Source: an uncultured bacterium | GTDB taxonomy: Bacteria > Oederibacteriota > JAAXVQ01 > JAUVAV01 | Length of the DNA stretch: 64,000 bases | Direction of reading: 5' to 3' | Assembly (NCBI GenBank): GCA_963710755.1 | Contig: CAVQBK010000007.1 | Span: 76,796 to 140,795 of the forward strand | Shown here: positions 39,231 to 48,399 of the stretch, one piece after another | How the letters are laid out: every line of letters starts with the position of its first letter | How positions within the stretch are numbered: the first letter of the stretch is position 1 | Made by a program: the position numbers and the translations under genes | The notes under the pieces: generated by a model | The model's input: only the letters and a program-made list of their open reading frames with translations | What the model was told of the DNA's origin: nothing | Database searches by the model: none

Positions 39231-40478
39231 ATGAACTCAAAACTATCTATTCAATCGGCGGTAAGCAGCTATAATGACCAGGTGATGGTCCTCAAAGTGG
39301 CCGGAAATATTGATGCCACTTCGTCGGAAGATTTGAAAAATGCCATCGAGACTAATTATCAGAACCATCATCTGTTGCTTTTAATTGATATGCAAGCCGT
39401 GGATTATATCAGTTCCGCGGGCATGGGCACCATTATCAGCATGCTTAAAAAAATCAGGGATCATGGGCAGGGGGACATCAAACTGTGTAGTCCGAAAGAG
39501 CAGGTTTACCGTGTACTGGAAAGTGTGGGTCTCCATCTGATCATGGAAATTCTGGAGGATGAGTCACGGGTCAGGGAATGGGTTTCCCGGCATCTTGACC
39601 AGCCGCTGGCAGGGTTCTCGTTTATGCCCTTGACCACGCCGGTTTGCGGCCAGCCATTCAAGGTTAAAATCACGGCCCGCAACCGCGATCAGAGCCTGGC
39701 CGCAGCCTACATGGGCGCACCCTTTTTAAGCGTGGATAAGGGACTGGTCCTGCCCAATCAGATTCCCAACATGGAAAACGGTGAATGGGAAGGCACGTTG
39801 ACAACCATTGATGCGGGCAGTCTGGTGCTTACCATCAGCGACGGCAAAATTCAAAATAGTTTTGACCTTTTCGTACAAGAAAAAGATCAACGTTTGAAAG
39901 TGACCTTTCCCTGTGATGTCCATTGTCCTCATTGCCAGAAACATTCCCGCATTAGGGGCGCCAATATTTATCAATGCAAGCAATGCCAGACGATTTTTTA
40001 TATTGATGCCTGGGCACAGGTGATCATGCTGAAAAAAGGCAGCATGATACATCGTAAACAATATAAGTTGAAAGGCACGGAGATAAAAATCAGCAGCAAT
40101 GTCAATTATCTGCCGGCCTTGCGGGAGTACCTTATGGGTTTGGCGCAAGCGGAAAACATTGCCGAGCCGGTGGTACATGATTTGATTCTCGTGACCGAGG
40201 AAGTGGTGATGAATATTATCGAGCATGCCTATGATTTTGATCCCCATCAAATCATTGTGCTGCGTATTCATTTTCATCCGGAAAAAATCCAACTGGACAT
40301 TTTTGACTATGGGTTGCCTTTTGATATTACCAAGCAAAAGGGCTCGGTGGTAAAAAGTTTGATGAAGGGCCGGGAAGGCGGGGTAGGCAGCATTTTAATT
40401 AATCAACTCATGGATGAAGTCACCTACACCTCGACCGGCAGAATGAACCAATTGAGCCTGAGCAAACGGCTGGACTAA
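39231..40478 (+). CDS. STAS + Ig-like + Zn-ribbon + RsbW-type HATPase fusion
   Basis: STAS (GNIDA, VDYISSAG), CPHC..CKQC, and HATPase_c_2 (EEVVMNIIEHAY, DYGLPFD, GGVGSILINQLMDEV). Confidence 0.85.
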   Translation: MNSKLSIQSAVSSYNDQVMVLKVAGNIDATSSEDLKNAIETNYQNHHLLLLIDMQAVDYISSAGMGTIISMLKKIRDHGQGDIKLCSPKEQVYRVLESVGLHLIMEILEDESRVREWVSRHLDQPLAGFSFMPLTTPVCGQPFKVKITARNRDQSLAAAYMGAPFLSVDKGLVLPNQIPNMENGEWEGTLTTIDAGSLVLTISDGKIQNSFDLFVQEKDQRLKVTFPCDVHCPHCQKHSRIRGANIYQCKQCQTIFYIDAWAQVIMLKKGSMIHRKQYKLKGTEIKISSNVNYLPALREYLMGLAQAENIAEPVVHDLILVTEEVVMNIIEHAYDFDPHQIIVLRIHFHPEKIQLDIFDYGLPFDITKQKGSVVKSLMKGREGGVGSILINQLMDEVTYTSTGRMNQLSLSKRLD

Positions 40479-40484
40479 AGACGC

Positions 40485-42032
40485 TCAGGCTTCCTCCCGC
40501 TTCAACACAATCATGGTCATGTCGTCATTTTGCGCACTGGTTCCTACGAAGACTTTTAAGGTATGATCAATGTGCTCGATAATGCCGGCTGCCGGGAGAT
40601 GGGCGCAGGCAAGGATGGCGGCTTTCAGGCGTTCCAACCCGAACAATTCACTTTGAGCATTACAGGCCTCGTCAATGCCGTCGGTATAAAGAAAGATGAA
40701 GTCGCCCGGGTGTAATTCCAGGCACTCCTCGGCCAGTACTTTGGTGAAGATGTCCGCGTCTGCGGCACCGATGGCAATGCCTACCGGTTTGAACGCTTCC
40801 AAGGTTTTCGTGGCCTGGCGAAATACCAGCAGAGGCACATGGCCGGCACGTGCGAAAGCCAGCGTATGTTGCTTGGCATTGAGTACGGCGTAAGTGGCGG
40901 TAATAAACATATTTTCCTGGATGTCATCTTGCATATGCCGGCTGACCGTACTTAAGGTTTTGCCAGGAGCCAGGCTGCTCTGGGCCAGAAGGCTGAGGAG
41001 GGAACGGGTCTGGGTCATCACCAGTCCCCCGGGCAGGCCTTTGCCGGATACATCGGCCACGATCATGCCCCAATGACCTTTACCCAGATCAAAAAAGTCC
41101 AGGTAATCACCGCTGAGCTCCTGGGCAGACCGGTAAAGCATGCCCACATTATACCCGGCAATGGCAGGGGTTTTTTTAGGGATCAATAAATTCTGGATCT
41201 CCTTGGCAATCAGCATTTCTTTTTCCAGCCGTTCCTTAATCAGCATTTCCTGCTGAGCTTCTTTTAAATTTAAAGTCATGGCATTCAAGGTGTGGGAAAG
41301 CTGACCGATCTCATCGCGCGATTTGACTTGAAAGGTGTAATCCAAATTACCGCCACCCACGATTTGCGCCGCTTGTGACAGCTGGCTAATGGGATGGGTG
41401 ATGCGGTTGACCACAATCAAGGTGAGCAGGATGGCAAAGGCCAGGCTGACTGCGGTGATGGTAAAAATCATGGTCAGTGTTTGTTCCACGGTTTTTTCAA
41501 TAGGCGCAAGGGAATAGACCAGGTGGGCAATACCCAGGGACTTGTGGATGTTATCTTTCTGAACATGGAAAATAATGGGAAACCCGAAGTCCAAACAAGG
41601 CTCGTCCCGGAGGGTACAAGTGGAAATAGTGGCGTTTTGAACCTGTGCATAGAGTCCGGTAGGATGGACATTATAGGGTGCCCCTTCCAGCTCCGGTTGG
41701 CTATGGGCAATGATGTGCTGATCAGAGGCCACTAAGGCAGCCTGGACGATGCCTTTTTCCTGTTTGACGGCCTGATCGACCAGTTCATTTATGACCATCT
41801 GATCGTTAATGGCCAAAGCCTCAGCGGCGTTATTAGCCAGACCACGGGTCAAGGCAATACCTTTATTGATCATTTGGTCCATCAGGCTGGTTTCCACTTG
41901 GCGACGGATGACCAGGGTGACTGCGGTCATGATAATGATGATCAGCAGGCTGATAATAATGGTGAATTTTAATTTCAGACCCGGACCTTTTTTGAAAGCA
42001 GGTACAGCCAGCGGAGGGTAGGCATCAGACAT
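40485..42032 (-). CDS. Membrane PP2C/SpoIIE (RsbU-like) phosphatase with periplasmic sensor and HAMP
   Basis: 2 TM, SRDEIGQL, SGDYLD, ADVSGKG, RAGH, LYTDGIDE, DDMT. Confidence 0.95.
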   Translation of the reverse strand: MSDAYPPLAVPAFKKGPGLKLKFTIIISLLIIIIMTAVTLVIRRQVETSLMDQMINKGIALTRGLANNAAEALAINDQMVINELVDQAVKQEKGIVQAALVASDQHIIAHSQPELEGAPYNVHPTGLYAQVQNATISTCTLRDEPCLDFGFPIIFHVQKDNIHKSLGIAHLVYSLAPIEKTVEQTLTMIFTITAVSLAFAILLTLIVVNRITHPISQLSQAAQIVGGGNLDYTFQVKSRDEIGQLSHTLNAMTLNLKEAQQEMLIKERLEKEMLIAKEIQNLLIPKKTPAIAGYNVGMLYRSAQELSGDYLDFFDLGKGHWGMIVADVSGKGLPGGLVMTQTRSLLSLLAQSSLAPGKTLSTVSRHMQDDIQENMFITATYAVLNAKQHTLAFARAGHVPLLVFRQATKTLEAFKPVGIAIGAADADIFTKVLAEECLELHPGDFIFLYTDGIDEACNAQSELFGLERLKAAILACAHLPAAGIIEHIDHTLKVFVGTSAQNDDMTMIVLKREEA

Positions 42033-42035
42033 GGG

Positions 42036-42383
42036 CTAACCCTTAAATGCTGCGGTGGCCTCGGCCACGCTGCTATAAATTTTAAATATCTGGGTAAACC
42101 CAAATGTATCGAAGATTTCAAAGACCGCCGGCATCATGCCTGCGATTTTGATGTCTCCCTGGCGGCGCTGGACATTTTTGATAGCGCCCATGATGGCCCC
42201 CAAACCGGCGGAAGAGATATAGTTCAAGGCGCTGAAATCCAGAATGATTTTGGTCTGACCGCTTTCAATCAACGAGGTCAAGGTGTTTTCAAAACTAAAC
42301 ACCTCCGTCATGCTCATGAAGCCATCGGTTTTGAGAATGGCAATATCGTCTTGTTGTGAAACATTAATGTTGATTTGAGTCAT
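42036..42383 (-). CDS. STAS anti-sigma factor antagonist (RsbV/SpoIIAA-like)
   Basis: IILDFSALNYISSAGLG, GDIKI, F..IF.IY. Confidence 0.93.
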   Translation of the reverse strand: MTQININVSQQDDIAILKTDGFMSMTEVFSFENTLTSLIESGQTKIILDFSALNYISSAGLGAIMGAIKNVQRRQGDIKIAGMMPAVFEIFDTFGFTQIFKIYSSVAEATAAFKG

Positions 42384-42501
42384 GGTGTTTTCCCGTATGG
42401 GTGATAATCACGCCAGTCAACGCTCAGCTTAATTCTCGGTCATCCCGGTTAAAACATAAAGGCAGGCGGGTAAAAAGATCAGCGTCGAAAGACGGTACGG
42501 T

Positions 42502-44733
42502 TTATTTCCATTTTACCAGATTGGCCTTTTTGTTTTGAGCCCGTTTGAGGTAGGTTTGGATAAGGTTGTTTTCCTGATCCATCTGCCGGGCAGCTTCCCA
42601 ATAAGCAATGGCTTTGTCCAAAGCATCACGGCGATAATTGAGCACCCCGGCACTGATATAGGCCTGAATGATCAGGTCCTGGATACGGTTATCCTGGTCG
42701 ATGGCCAGACTCTGACGGAAGTAATCAATGCAAATGTCCAATTCTTTCTTCTGGTAAGCCTGCACCCCTCGCTCGCGCAAGAGCGCTGCTTTGGCCAGTC
42801 GCTGCTTGAGGCTGACTTTCAAGGCCATCAACTTTTGATTGAGCGCATTTTTCTGATCCAATAAGGTCAGCAGAGAAAGAGCCTGGCTCAAACGATGTTT
42901 GGTGACCAGAGAGTCGATCATTCTTATAGCACCGTCAGAGCTTTTAATTCGATTGTAATCACGAGTAATCAGGGGAAGATAGTTGTCCAGATTCCGGTAA
43001 TGTGGTGACACTGCTTTGAGTCGCTTGCCGAGCGTGAGGGCTTTGGAAAAATTGCGGGCCTTATAACTCTGTACCATGTCGCTGTAAAGGCGATCCATGT
43101 CTTTGCTCATGGCGGCTTGACATTGCTGTTTAAGAACCAGGGCCGAGCTATAACCGGGCGATAGTTTGAGAATGGTGTTGAACAATTTGACGGCCTGCCA
43201 ATAGTCGAAGCGCTGCATGGCTTTAACGGCTTCGGCGAAATAGCCATCGAGCCGTCCCTGAATCCGCTTAGTGATATCTTGGATGTGTGTCAGAGCCGTC
43301 TGGTTTTCCGGATCTATAATCAGCAGTTCTTCCCATTGCTGCAAGGCATCCACCCAGTTGCCGTTCTGCTCCTGAGCCAGCGCTTGATCCTGGTGAGTTT
43401 TAATAATGCGGGCAATGTCAATCTGCTGTTCTTCCTGGGCATAAAAGCGGACGCGGTCAATGGCCATAAGATACTCTTGGTTGGTCATCGCCATGGCGGA
43501 ACTTTGTTTGAGTGTTTCGAAAGCATCGTCAAACGCTTTGATGCTCACGTAGGCTTTAGCCTTAAGCAACAGATTATCGAGTTGATGTCGGACGTCCCGC
43601 TGAGATTTCCAATACAGTAGCTTGGCTTGTTCCTGATCAGGGTCAAGCAGCAGGATGTCCCGGCTCTGCTTCATGGCCAAGGAATAGTCTCCAGCTTGAT
43701 AAGCCTTGACCGCCTGATCGAATTTATGGTCGATTTGTTGCAAAGTATGGGTGTTGTCTTGGAGCGGCACTTCCCATTTTAAGGACAACCAATGCAGGGT
43801 TTGGGCAGCACGCAGGTCAATGCTGTAGTCAAGCTGCCAGGCCTGAAACCGTGTCCCCACGCCGGCGGCCAAATGCTGGGGCGATGCCCCGGCACGTAGT
43901 TTGAAGGGGAGATCAGGCAAGGTGTATTCGAGGCCGGCATTCCAATGACGCCAAAAACCGTTGGCGGAGTTCAGGGAATCCTGTAATTTCAAGGCCTCCA
44001 AACTGAAATAAAAATCCAGGCCTGAAAACCAAGGGTTGTCAAATCCAGGATTCCAATGCCCACCGAGGCGGGCATTGAAGTCCATGATATCGGCAGGCAC
44101 TTGGCCGACGCCGCGAATACCCCAGTAAGGGTCACCGGCATAGCCTACCGCATTTTGAAGAGCCAGTGCAGCACCCCAATGTTCGCCTTCCACGATCATG
44201 CCTGCATCCAAGGCGAGGCTGTTTTCATGGTAGGACGCCAATTCCTGATCAAGGTATTTCAGGGTCGCGCCGATGCGGAGAAAGGGTGAGAGTTTTAATC
44301 CCATGCCAAGGGCCACGTTATTGCTTAAGTGATTAAATCGACCCAAGTAATTATCGCTGTCATCGCGGGCTTCAAAGCCCATAGAGGCCAATTGACCCCA
44401 ACCCCAGCCTAGAGCCAAGCGTTCGTTGATAGGAAAGTGAAATCCTAGAAAATGATAGCGCGTGTTCTCGGCAAGGTTGACATAAGTAGCCTGCACATCG
44501 GCCTGCCAGCCTGCGCTCAATCCGGCCGGGTTGAGGTAAAGCGCCTCCGTACCATTACTGTCCGTAAGATCGGCAGTCCCCAATACAGCCGAACGGCTGG
44601 ATACCGGGAAATTGGTGAGCCGGTCGCCCTGGGTGTTGACCGTGTCACTCAGGTCAAACCAGGATGCACTGACCCCGGTCCCTAAGGTCAACAAAGCGAG
44701 CATGGTCATGATGGCTTTTAGGCAACTATGCAT
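42502..44733 (-). CDS. PorV/PorQ-like outer-membrane barrel fused to TPR repeats
   Basis: SSRSAVLG.A......ALYLNPAGL (PorV/FadL-type N-terminus), barrel strands (IGATLKY, ALDAG, LRAG, QLDYS), then TPRs (LLLDPDQEQA, LLIIDPENQTA). Confidence 0.82.
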   Translation of the reverse strand: MHSCLKAIMTMLALLTLGTGVSASWFDLSDTVNTQGDRLTNFPVSSRSAVLGTADLTDSNGTEALYLNPAGLSAGWQADVQATYVNLAENTRYHFLGFHFPINERLALGWGWGQLASMGFEARDDSDNYLGRFNHLSNNVALGMGLKLSPFLRIGATLKYLDQELASYHENSLALDAGMIVEGEHWGAALALQNAVGYAGDPYWGIRGVGQVPADIMDFNARLGGHWNPGFDNPWFSGLDFYFSLEALKLQDSLNSANGFWRHWNAGLEYTLPDLPFKLRAGASPQHLAAGVGTRFQAWQLDYSIDLRAAQTLHWLSLKWEVPLQDNTHTLQQIDHKFDQAVKAYQAGDYSLAMKQSRDILLLDPDQEQAKLLYWKSQRDVRHQLDNLLLKAKAYVSIKAFDDAFETLKQSSAMAMTNQEYLMAIDRVRFYAQEEQQIDIARIIKTHQDQALAQEQNGNWVDALQQWEELLIIDPENQTALTHIQDITKRIQGRLDGYFAEAVKAMQRFDYWQAVKLFNTILKLSPGYSSALVLKQQCQAAMSKDMDRLYSDMVQSYKARNFSKALTLGKRLKAVSPHYRNLDNYLPLITRDYNRIKSSDGAIRMIDSLVTKHRLSQALSLLTLLDQKNALNQKLMALKVSLKQRLAKAALLRERGVQAYQKKELDICIDYFRQSLAIDQDNRIQDLIIQAYISAGVLNYRRDALDKAIAYWEAARQMDQENNLIQTYLKRAQNKKANLVKWK

Positions 44734-44747
44734 CCCGTCACGCTTCT

Positions 44748-47072
44748 TTATTTATTGAGTGGTGGTTGTTGTTCTTCACCACGGACTTGATTTCCAAGCA
44801 GCGTTTTCATGACGACACGACGGTTTTTGGCACGGCCGGTCGCGGTATGGTTAGTGGCCAAGGGCTTCCGCGCGCCGAAGCCCATACAGATGATGCGCTC
44901 GCCGGAAATATGGTAATCCTGCTCTATATGCTGTCCCACGGACTGGGCGCGTTTGACGGATAGGGTCTGGTTGGACATTTTCCGGTGATGGCGATATGGG
45001 CGATTATCGGCATGACCTTCAATCACCAGCAAGACATCAGGATGAGCTTCCAGGAATTGTGCTGTTTCTTCCAGGACCTTGTGATAGCGTTTGGTCACGA
45101 TCCATTGCCCACTGGCGAAATAGATGTTTTCCGGCTGTGTTTGCCACTTGGGTGGATGCGGTGCCGGCGTGGTGTCATCATCGGGCTTGAGTAGAATCAT
45201 GGATTCAGCGTTGCTCTTGAAACGATAACCTGAGGGGTCTTCCACTTCCAGCTGGGCCACCAGAAATTTTGTGACCGGCGGCAATTCCCGATGCCATTCT
45301 TCCCAAGGCCAAAGCACGCTGGTGGGAAGATGATCCCGGCCGGAAAAGGTATGCACGATTTTTTTATCCCGATCCATGACGGTCAGCGTCCATTGGTTTA
45401 TCTGCTTTAGGTTCTCGCTGCCTACATTGAATTCAATAGCCTGGTCATGGTGCAGATAAAGGGGACGGTCGGTACTGAGATGCAGAACCGGAGAGGAGAA
45501 AACCTGGAAATAAAAATAAAAAGTCTTAACCGCATTGGATTTGGTCATAGCTTTAAAGGCGAGCACACGATCATCCAGGGTGAGGTTGATACGGAACGTG
45601 AATTGGTCATGCTCGGGGTCGAGTTGAACAGGGATGCTTTTATCCAACAGCTCAATAGTTTTAAATTGAGCTGAAGGATAGCTGCCGGTGATCATATTGT
45701 CTCCCTCGCGGAAGGTCGTATTTTCAATTTTAATCAATGCCGCATTGTCCTGCTGAATGATGGTGAATTCTTCACCTACTTCAAAGCCTGTTTGGTCGCC
45801 GACCTGAACACGAATTAAATATTGACCTTTGGGCAAGCCGCTCAGCTGATAGGTGAATTGGTAATGCAGGTTATCCTTGGTCGTTATCTCTCCTTCCAAA
45901 GGAAACCAGGAAGCTTCATAATTCAGGTTTTTAAAATAGGTCTTGAAGGTCTTGGGATCCTGACCGGAAATGACGGCCGGGAAGGTGAGTGTGGGGGATT
46001 GGAGATGACGCTGCCGGGGGAAATCCAGTTGGCAAGTGAGCGGTGCCTGCCAGGAGCCCCGATACCATTGGCCCGAGGAGGACCCCAGCACGGCTTGGCG
46101 GTTGCCGAGGAGAATGGTGGTCAACTCCTGATCCAAGAAAAGTTCACTGCGCAAGGTGATTAATTGCTGAGTTGTGGTTCGGAATAGGGCCACGGCATCG
46201 TGCGTGCCGATCCATAAGTCGCTGCCGTTATGAGCCAGGCTAAAAGCATAAGGCACCATATGTTCGCGCTTCAAGGTTTTCCATTCCTGCAAGGCAATGT
46301 TATAGCCGATCAGGCCGCTGCCGGCCGTAGCAAACCATAGGTAGTCTCCCTGGGCCATCATGGCTTTAACGGGGGCCTGGAGTTCGTTGAATTCCAGGTT
46401 GATCTCTTTGGCTTGCGCGGTGGAGGGATCGAAAAAATAGATCTGCTGGCTGGCGTTGCGGATGATTATCCCTGTGGGAATAGACAGGCATTGCTCAATA
46501 ACGCCTTGGGGAACAGCTTTCACTGGTTGCAGGGTCTGGGTACCCTGCCGATTCTCCAGCAGCCCTTGAGTGGTGCCGAGATAAATTTTGTCCTTGGTCA
46601 TGGCCAGACAGCGTATCCCGGATCGCCGGATCAGCATGGTTAGTGCCATGTCAGGTGGGGTGACAGTGGCCAATCCCTGTTCATTAATAATATAGATCCT
46701 GTCCCTATCCTGATTTATGGCCAGCACCGGTACCGGTGAAAGTAGCTGGAGAGAAGGTTTACCGCTTGTTTGCAAATCAACGGCCAGCAGTCCTTTGCCG
46801 GTACCCAGCAGCAGGATTTGGTCCTGGAGCAGGGAAGCCGTGACTTTGCCATAAGCGGTTAAATCAGATGCGCTTAGCAAAGGGGCCCAATTCAAGGCTT
46901 TAAATTGGCCGGCAGCCATTGATTTTGCAGGTAGGCCAACTAAGGCCCACCAACCCATGGTCATGATCATAATGTTTTTTATTAAAAGATTGCCTGACCG
47001 CCGAGTTGAGGCGGGCAGACGGTTGCTGGTCATCTTGGTTTGATATGCATGAGATTGTGGGATAATAGTCAT
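44748..47072 (-). CDS. Exported beta-propeller + Ig-like + OmpA-like peptidoglycan-binding protein
   Basis: Propeller blades (LGTGKGL, LGTTQGL, LWFATAGSGL, LWIGT). C-terminal IYFASG, IEGHAD, NQTLSVKRAQSV, GFG..KP..N.T..GRAKNRRV. Start uncertain. Confidence 0.85.
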   Translation of the reverse strand: MTIIPQSHAYQTKMTSNRLPASTRRSGNLLIKNIMIMTMGWWALVGLPAKSMAAGQFKALNWAPLLSASDLTAYGKVTASLLQDQILLLGTGKGLLAVDLQTSGKPSLQLLSPVPVLAINQDRDRIYIINEQGLATVTPPDMALTMLIRRSGIRCLAMTKDKIYLGTTQGLLENRQGTQTLQPVKAVPQGVIEQCLSIPTGIIIRNASQQIYFFDPSTAQAKEINLEFNELQAPVKAMMAQGDYLWFATAGSGLIGYNIALQEWKTLKREHMVPYAFSLAHNGSDLWIGTHDAVALFRTTTQQLITLRSELFLDQELTTILLGNRQAVLGSSSGQWYRGSWQAPLTCQLDFPRQRHLQSPTLTFPAVISGQDPKTFKTYFKNLNYEASWFPLEGEITTKDNLHYQFTYQLSGLPKGQYLIRVQVGDQTGFEVGEEFTIIQQDNAALIKIENTTFREGDNMITGSYPSAQFKTIELLDKSIPVQLDPEHDQFTFRINLTLDDRVLAFKAMTKSNAVKTFYFYFQVFSSPVLHLSTDRPLYLHHDQAIEFNVGSENLKQINQWTLTVMDRDKKIVHTFSGRDHLPTSVLWPWEEWHRELPPVTKFLVAQLEVEDPSGYRFKSNAESMILLKPDDDTTPAPHPPKWQTQPENIYFASGQWIVTKRYHKVLEETAQFLEAHPDVLLVIEGHADNRPYRHHRKMSNQTLSVKRAQSVGQHIEQDYHISGERIICMGFGARKPLATNHTATGRAKNRRVVMKTLLGNQVRGEEQQPPLNK

Positions 47073-47198
47073 ATTATTCTCACCTCTGCCGCAAGTATGT
47101 AACCTCATCTATATTATCGGTCGTTACCACTTTTTCCTTTTACGGTAAATCTTAGGTACGTTCCTATTTATTCTCGGGTTGCCCCGGAGCCATTTCAC

Positions 47199-47819
47199 TT
47201 AACAAGTGAAATGAAGAATTACCTGAATGCCGTTAACGCCTATCATTGCTTGCAATTTGCAGCCGAAGGCGTCCCTTTCATAATAATGTCCCCTCCGGTC
47301 GGGGCAGCCGAAGGCGTCCCTTTCATAATAATGTCCCCTCCGGTCGGGGCAGCCGAAGGCGTCCCTTTCGTAGTAATGTCCTAACCGGTCGGGGCAGCCG
47401 AAGGCGTCCCTTTCATAATAATGTCCTCTCCGGTCGGGGCAGCCGAAGGCGTCCCTTTCGTAGTAATGTCCCCTCCGGTCGGGGCAGCCGAAGGCGTCCC
47501 TTTCGTAGTAATGTCCTAACCGGTCGGGGCAGCCGAAGGCGTCCCTTTCATAATAATGTCCCCTCCGGTCGGGGCAGCCGAAGGCGTCCCTTTCGTAGTA
47601 ATGTCCTAACCGGTCGGGGCAGCCGAAGGCGTCCCTTTCGTAGTAATGTCCCCTCCGGTCGGGGCAGCCGAAGGCGTCCCTTTCGTAGTAATGTCCCCTC
47701 CGGTCGGGGCAGCCGAAGGCGTCCCTTTCGTAGTAATGTCCTAACCGGTCGGGGCAGCCGAAGGCGTCCCTTTCGTAGTAATGTCCTAACCGGTCGGGGC
47801 AGCCCAGAAATTTAATCAC
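47199..47819 (-). CDS. Possible repeat protein (CPDR[R/L]GHYYERDAFG)x12, doubtful
   Basis: Open frame across the array, with most unit variants synonymous in this frame. GTG start with no visible RBS. Confidence 0.25.
   Translation of the reverse strand: MIKFLGCPDRLGHYYERDAFGCPDRLGHYYERDAFGCPDRRGHYYERDAFGCPDRRGHYYERDAFGCPDRLGHYYERDAFGCPDRRGHYYERDAFGCPDRLGHYYERDAFGCPDRRGHYYERDAFGCPDRRGHYYERDAFGCPDRLGHYYERDAFGCPDRRGHYYERDAFGCPDRRGHYYERDAFGCKLQAMIGVNGIQVILHFTC
47259..47804. repeat. Tandem array of 12 x 45-bp units plus a 6-nt partial unit
   Basis: Unit GCAGCCGAAGGCGTCCCTTTCRTARTAATGTCC(CCT/TAA/TCT)CCGGTCGGG, starting every 45 nt from 47259 to 47754. No unique spacers. Confidence 0.98.
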
Positions 47820-48399
47820 AAAAAAATAAACAAAGTGCCAAAAAATATAGGCCGTATTAATTAATTATATCATCGGCATAAAAATTGTAAAATAAATAGT
47901 TAATTAATTTGTCATATATTTATTGGTAGGGATTATTTTAAATACATTTCCAGAATTCATAAGGGGGTGATTGGAAAATTACTAAATATGGCTATCTCCA
48001 AACTGAGTGGATAAATAGTGGAGTTATTTTTTGTCGTCATGCTGACGAATTCTGAAAACCCATCAACTCAGAATTTCATATAGATCTTTCCAGTCTGGAG
48101 TTGCGGTTTCAATCGACTCCAATTTTCATTTCCGCTTCCATTTTATTTGCAGCTTGAGACAAAGTAATTTAATCTTGTTTACGCCTGAAATCTATTCGAA
48201 TTTCTAGTGATAAGGACGAATTTAAAAATTAATCCCTTGAAAAACCAAGTTGGCCAAAGACCCTCATTTCCAACCGGGATAGGTTAGGGAAGGATGACAA
48301 GGACGTGAGCGAAGGTAAAAGTGGAGGTTTTTCAAAAAAGATCTGGTAAGTTTTCATTTCCTTCTTATAATACTGAATTAAATCGGAAAGGTGTGTTCA

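Noticed and set aside
47259-47804. CRISPR array
   Set aside because: No unique spacers: units are contiguous and differ at only five positions. No cas genes in the window.
47246-47815. Plus-strand ORF (SRRRPF...)n
   Set aside because: Open only because the unit length is a multiple of 3. All unit variants are non-synonymous in this frame and there is no RBS.
47990-48030. oriC
   Set aside because: Only one imperfect DnaA box and no dnaA/dnaN/gidA context.
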